Positions 63,543 to 64,000 of a stretch of DNA of 64,000 nt are shown here, one piece after another. The stretch spans positions 36,025 to 100,024 of the forward strand of contig CANJLW010000001.1 in the NCBI GenBank assembly GCA_947475245.1. The letters are read 5' to 3'. Source of the DNA: Acetobacteraceae bacterium. GTDB lineage: Bacteria > Pseudomonadota > Alphaproteobacteria > Acetobacterales > Acetobacteraceae. A model generated the notes under the pieces. It saw nothing but the letters and a program-made list of their open reading frames with translations, had not been told where the DNA came from and did no database searches. The translations under genes and the position numbers were made by a program. Numbering within the stretch: position 1 is the stretch's first letter; every line of letters begins with the position of its first letter.

Positions 63543-64000
63543 TCATTTGATGGTGACGAAGCGATACGGGAAGAAATTATCCGCCGGTTGAGCCAATGAC
63601 ACGTTGCTCTTGGCGGCCCAGACGATCGACTGCTGATGCAGCGGCAGAAGCGGCAGATCATTTTGCACGATCGTCGTCGCTTCGCGGAGCATTGCCTGCC
63701 GCTTAATGGGGTCTGTTTCCGTGCCGACGGAAGCGATCAACCCATCCAGAACGGGGTTCGAATAGCCGCCGACATTGACCTCCCCACGCTTGCCGTCGCG
63801 GGTGCCGAGCAGGGTGTAAAGGACATTGTGGGCGTCGTAGGTGCCGGGGGTCCAACCCAACAGATAGAAATCGGTGTCGTATTTCGGGGCCAGAATCTTC
63901 GAGAAGAAGCGTGTCTTGCTCTGGGTGGACGCTTCGACCTTGATGCCGATCCGCGCGAGCATACCGATGGCCGCGGTACAGATGTGTTCGTCCATCAGAT
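63543..64000 (-). CDS. Family 5 (dipeptide-type) ABC substrate-binding protein, 3' part only
   Basis: FYLLGWTP, GGYSNP, DPIKRQAML, LPLLPLHQQ; the frame continues past the right edge. Confidence 0.82.
   Translation of the reverse strand, partial: LMDEHICTAAIGMLARIGIKVEASTQSKTRFFSKILAPKYDTDFYLLGWTPGTYDAHNVLYTLLGTRDGKRGEVNVGGYSNPVLDGLIASVGTETDPIKRQAMLREATTIVQNDLPLLPLHQQSIVWAAKSNVSLAQPADNFFPYRFVTIK

Overview
High-GC (about 65-68% by eye) alphaproteobacterial chromosome; gene content and order suggest Acetobacteraceae/Rhodospirillales. From left to right: a hydantoinase/oxoprolinase A+B pair with a divergent FAD amine oxidase and an EamA exporter; an accessory patch (about 5.9-9.7 kb); a NitT/TauT-type ABC operon; an epoxide hydrolase with a CYP153-ferredoxin-reductase cluster; the core block ruvAB-ybgC-tolQRAB-pal-cpoB-tilS-ftsH-folP-glmM-thiD-HAD; nadA-nadC (no nadB) behind two NadQ-like operators; yghU; a divergent PEP carboxylase; the glycogen operon glgP-glgB-glgC-glgA with a glgX-malQ fusion; a peptide/nickel-type ABC operon; and assorted single genes (XRE regulator, GT9, family III CoA-transferase, DsbA/FrnE, acyltransferase, metY, EamA, GNAT, HpnG-like protein, partial solute-binding protein). 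The accessory patch is the most interesting part. Two 176-bp direct repeats (about 85% identical), each with a hairpin of about 45-bp arms, bracket a low-GC methyltransferase. They are followed by a TIR + non-catalytic FGE/C-type-lectin gene whose last about 120 nt and 3' flank resemble the variable region of a diversity-generating retroelement (DGR) target, although no reverse transcriptase or template repeat is visible in the window. A degenerate tandem array with units of about 260-290 bp follows. No rRNA, tRNA, CRISPR array, transposase or integrase was recognised. All family assignments are motif-based by eye; no database search was run.
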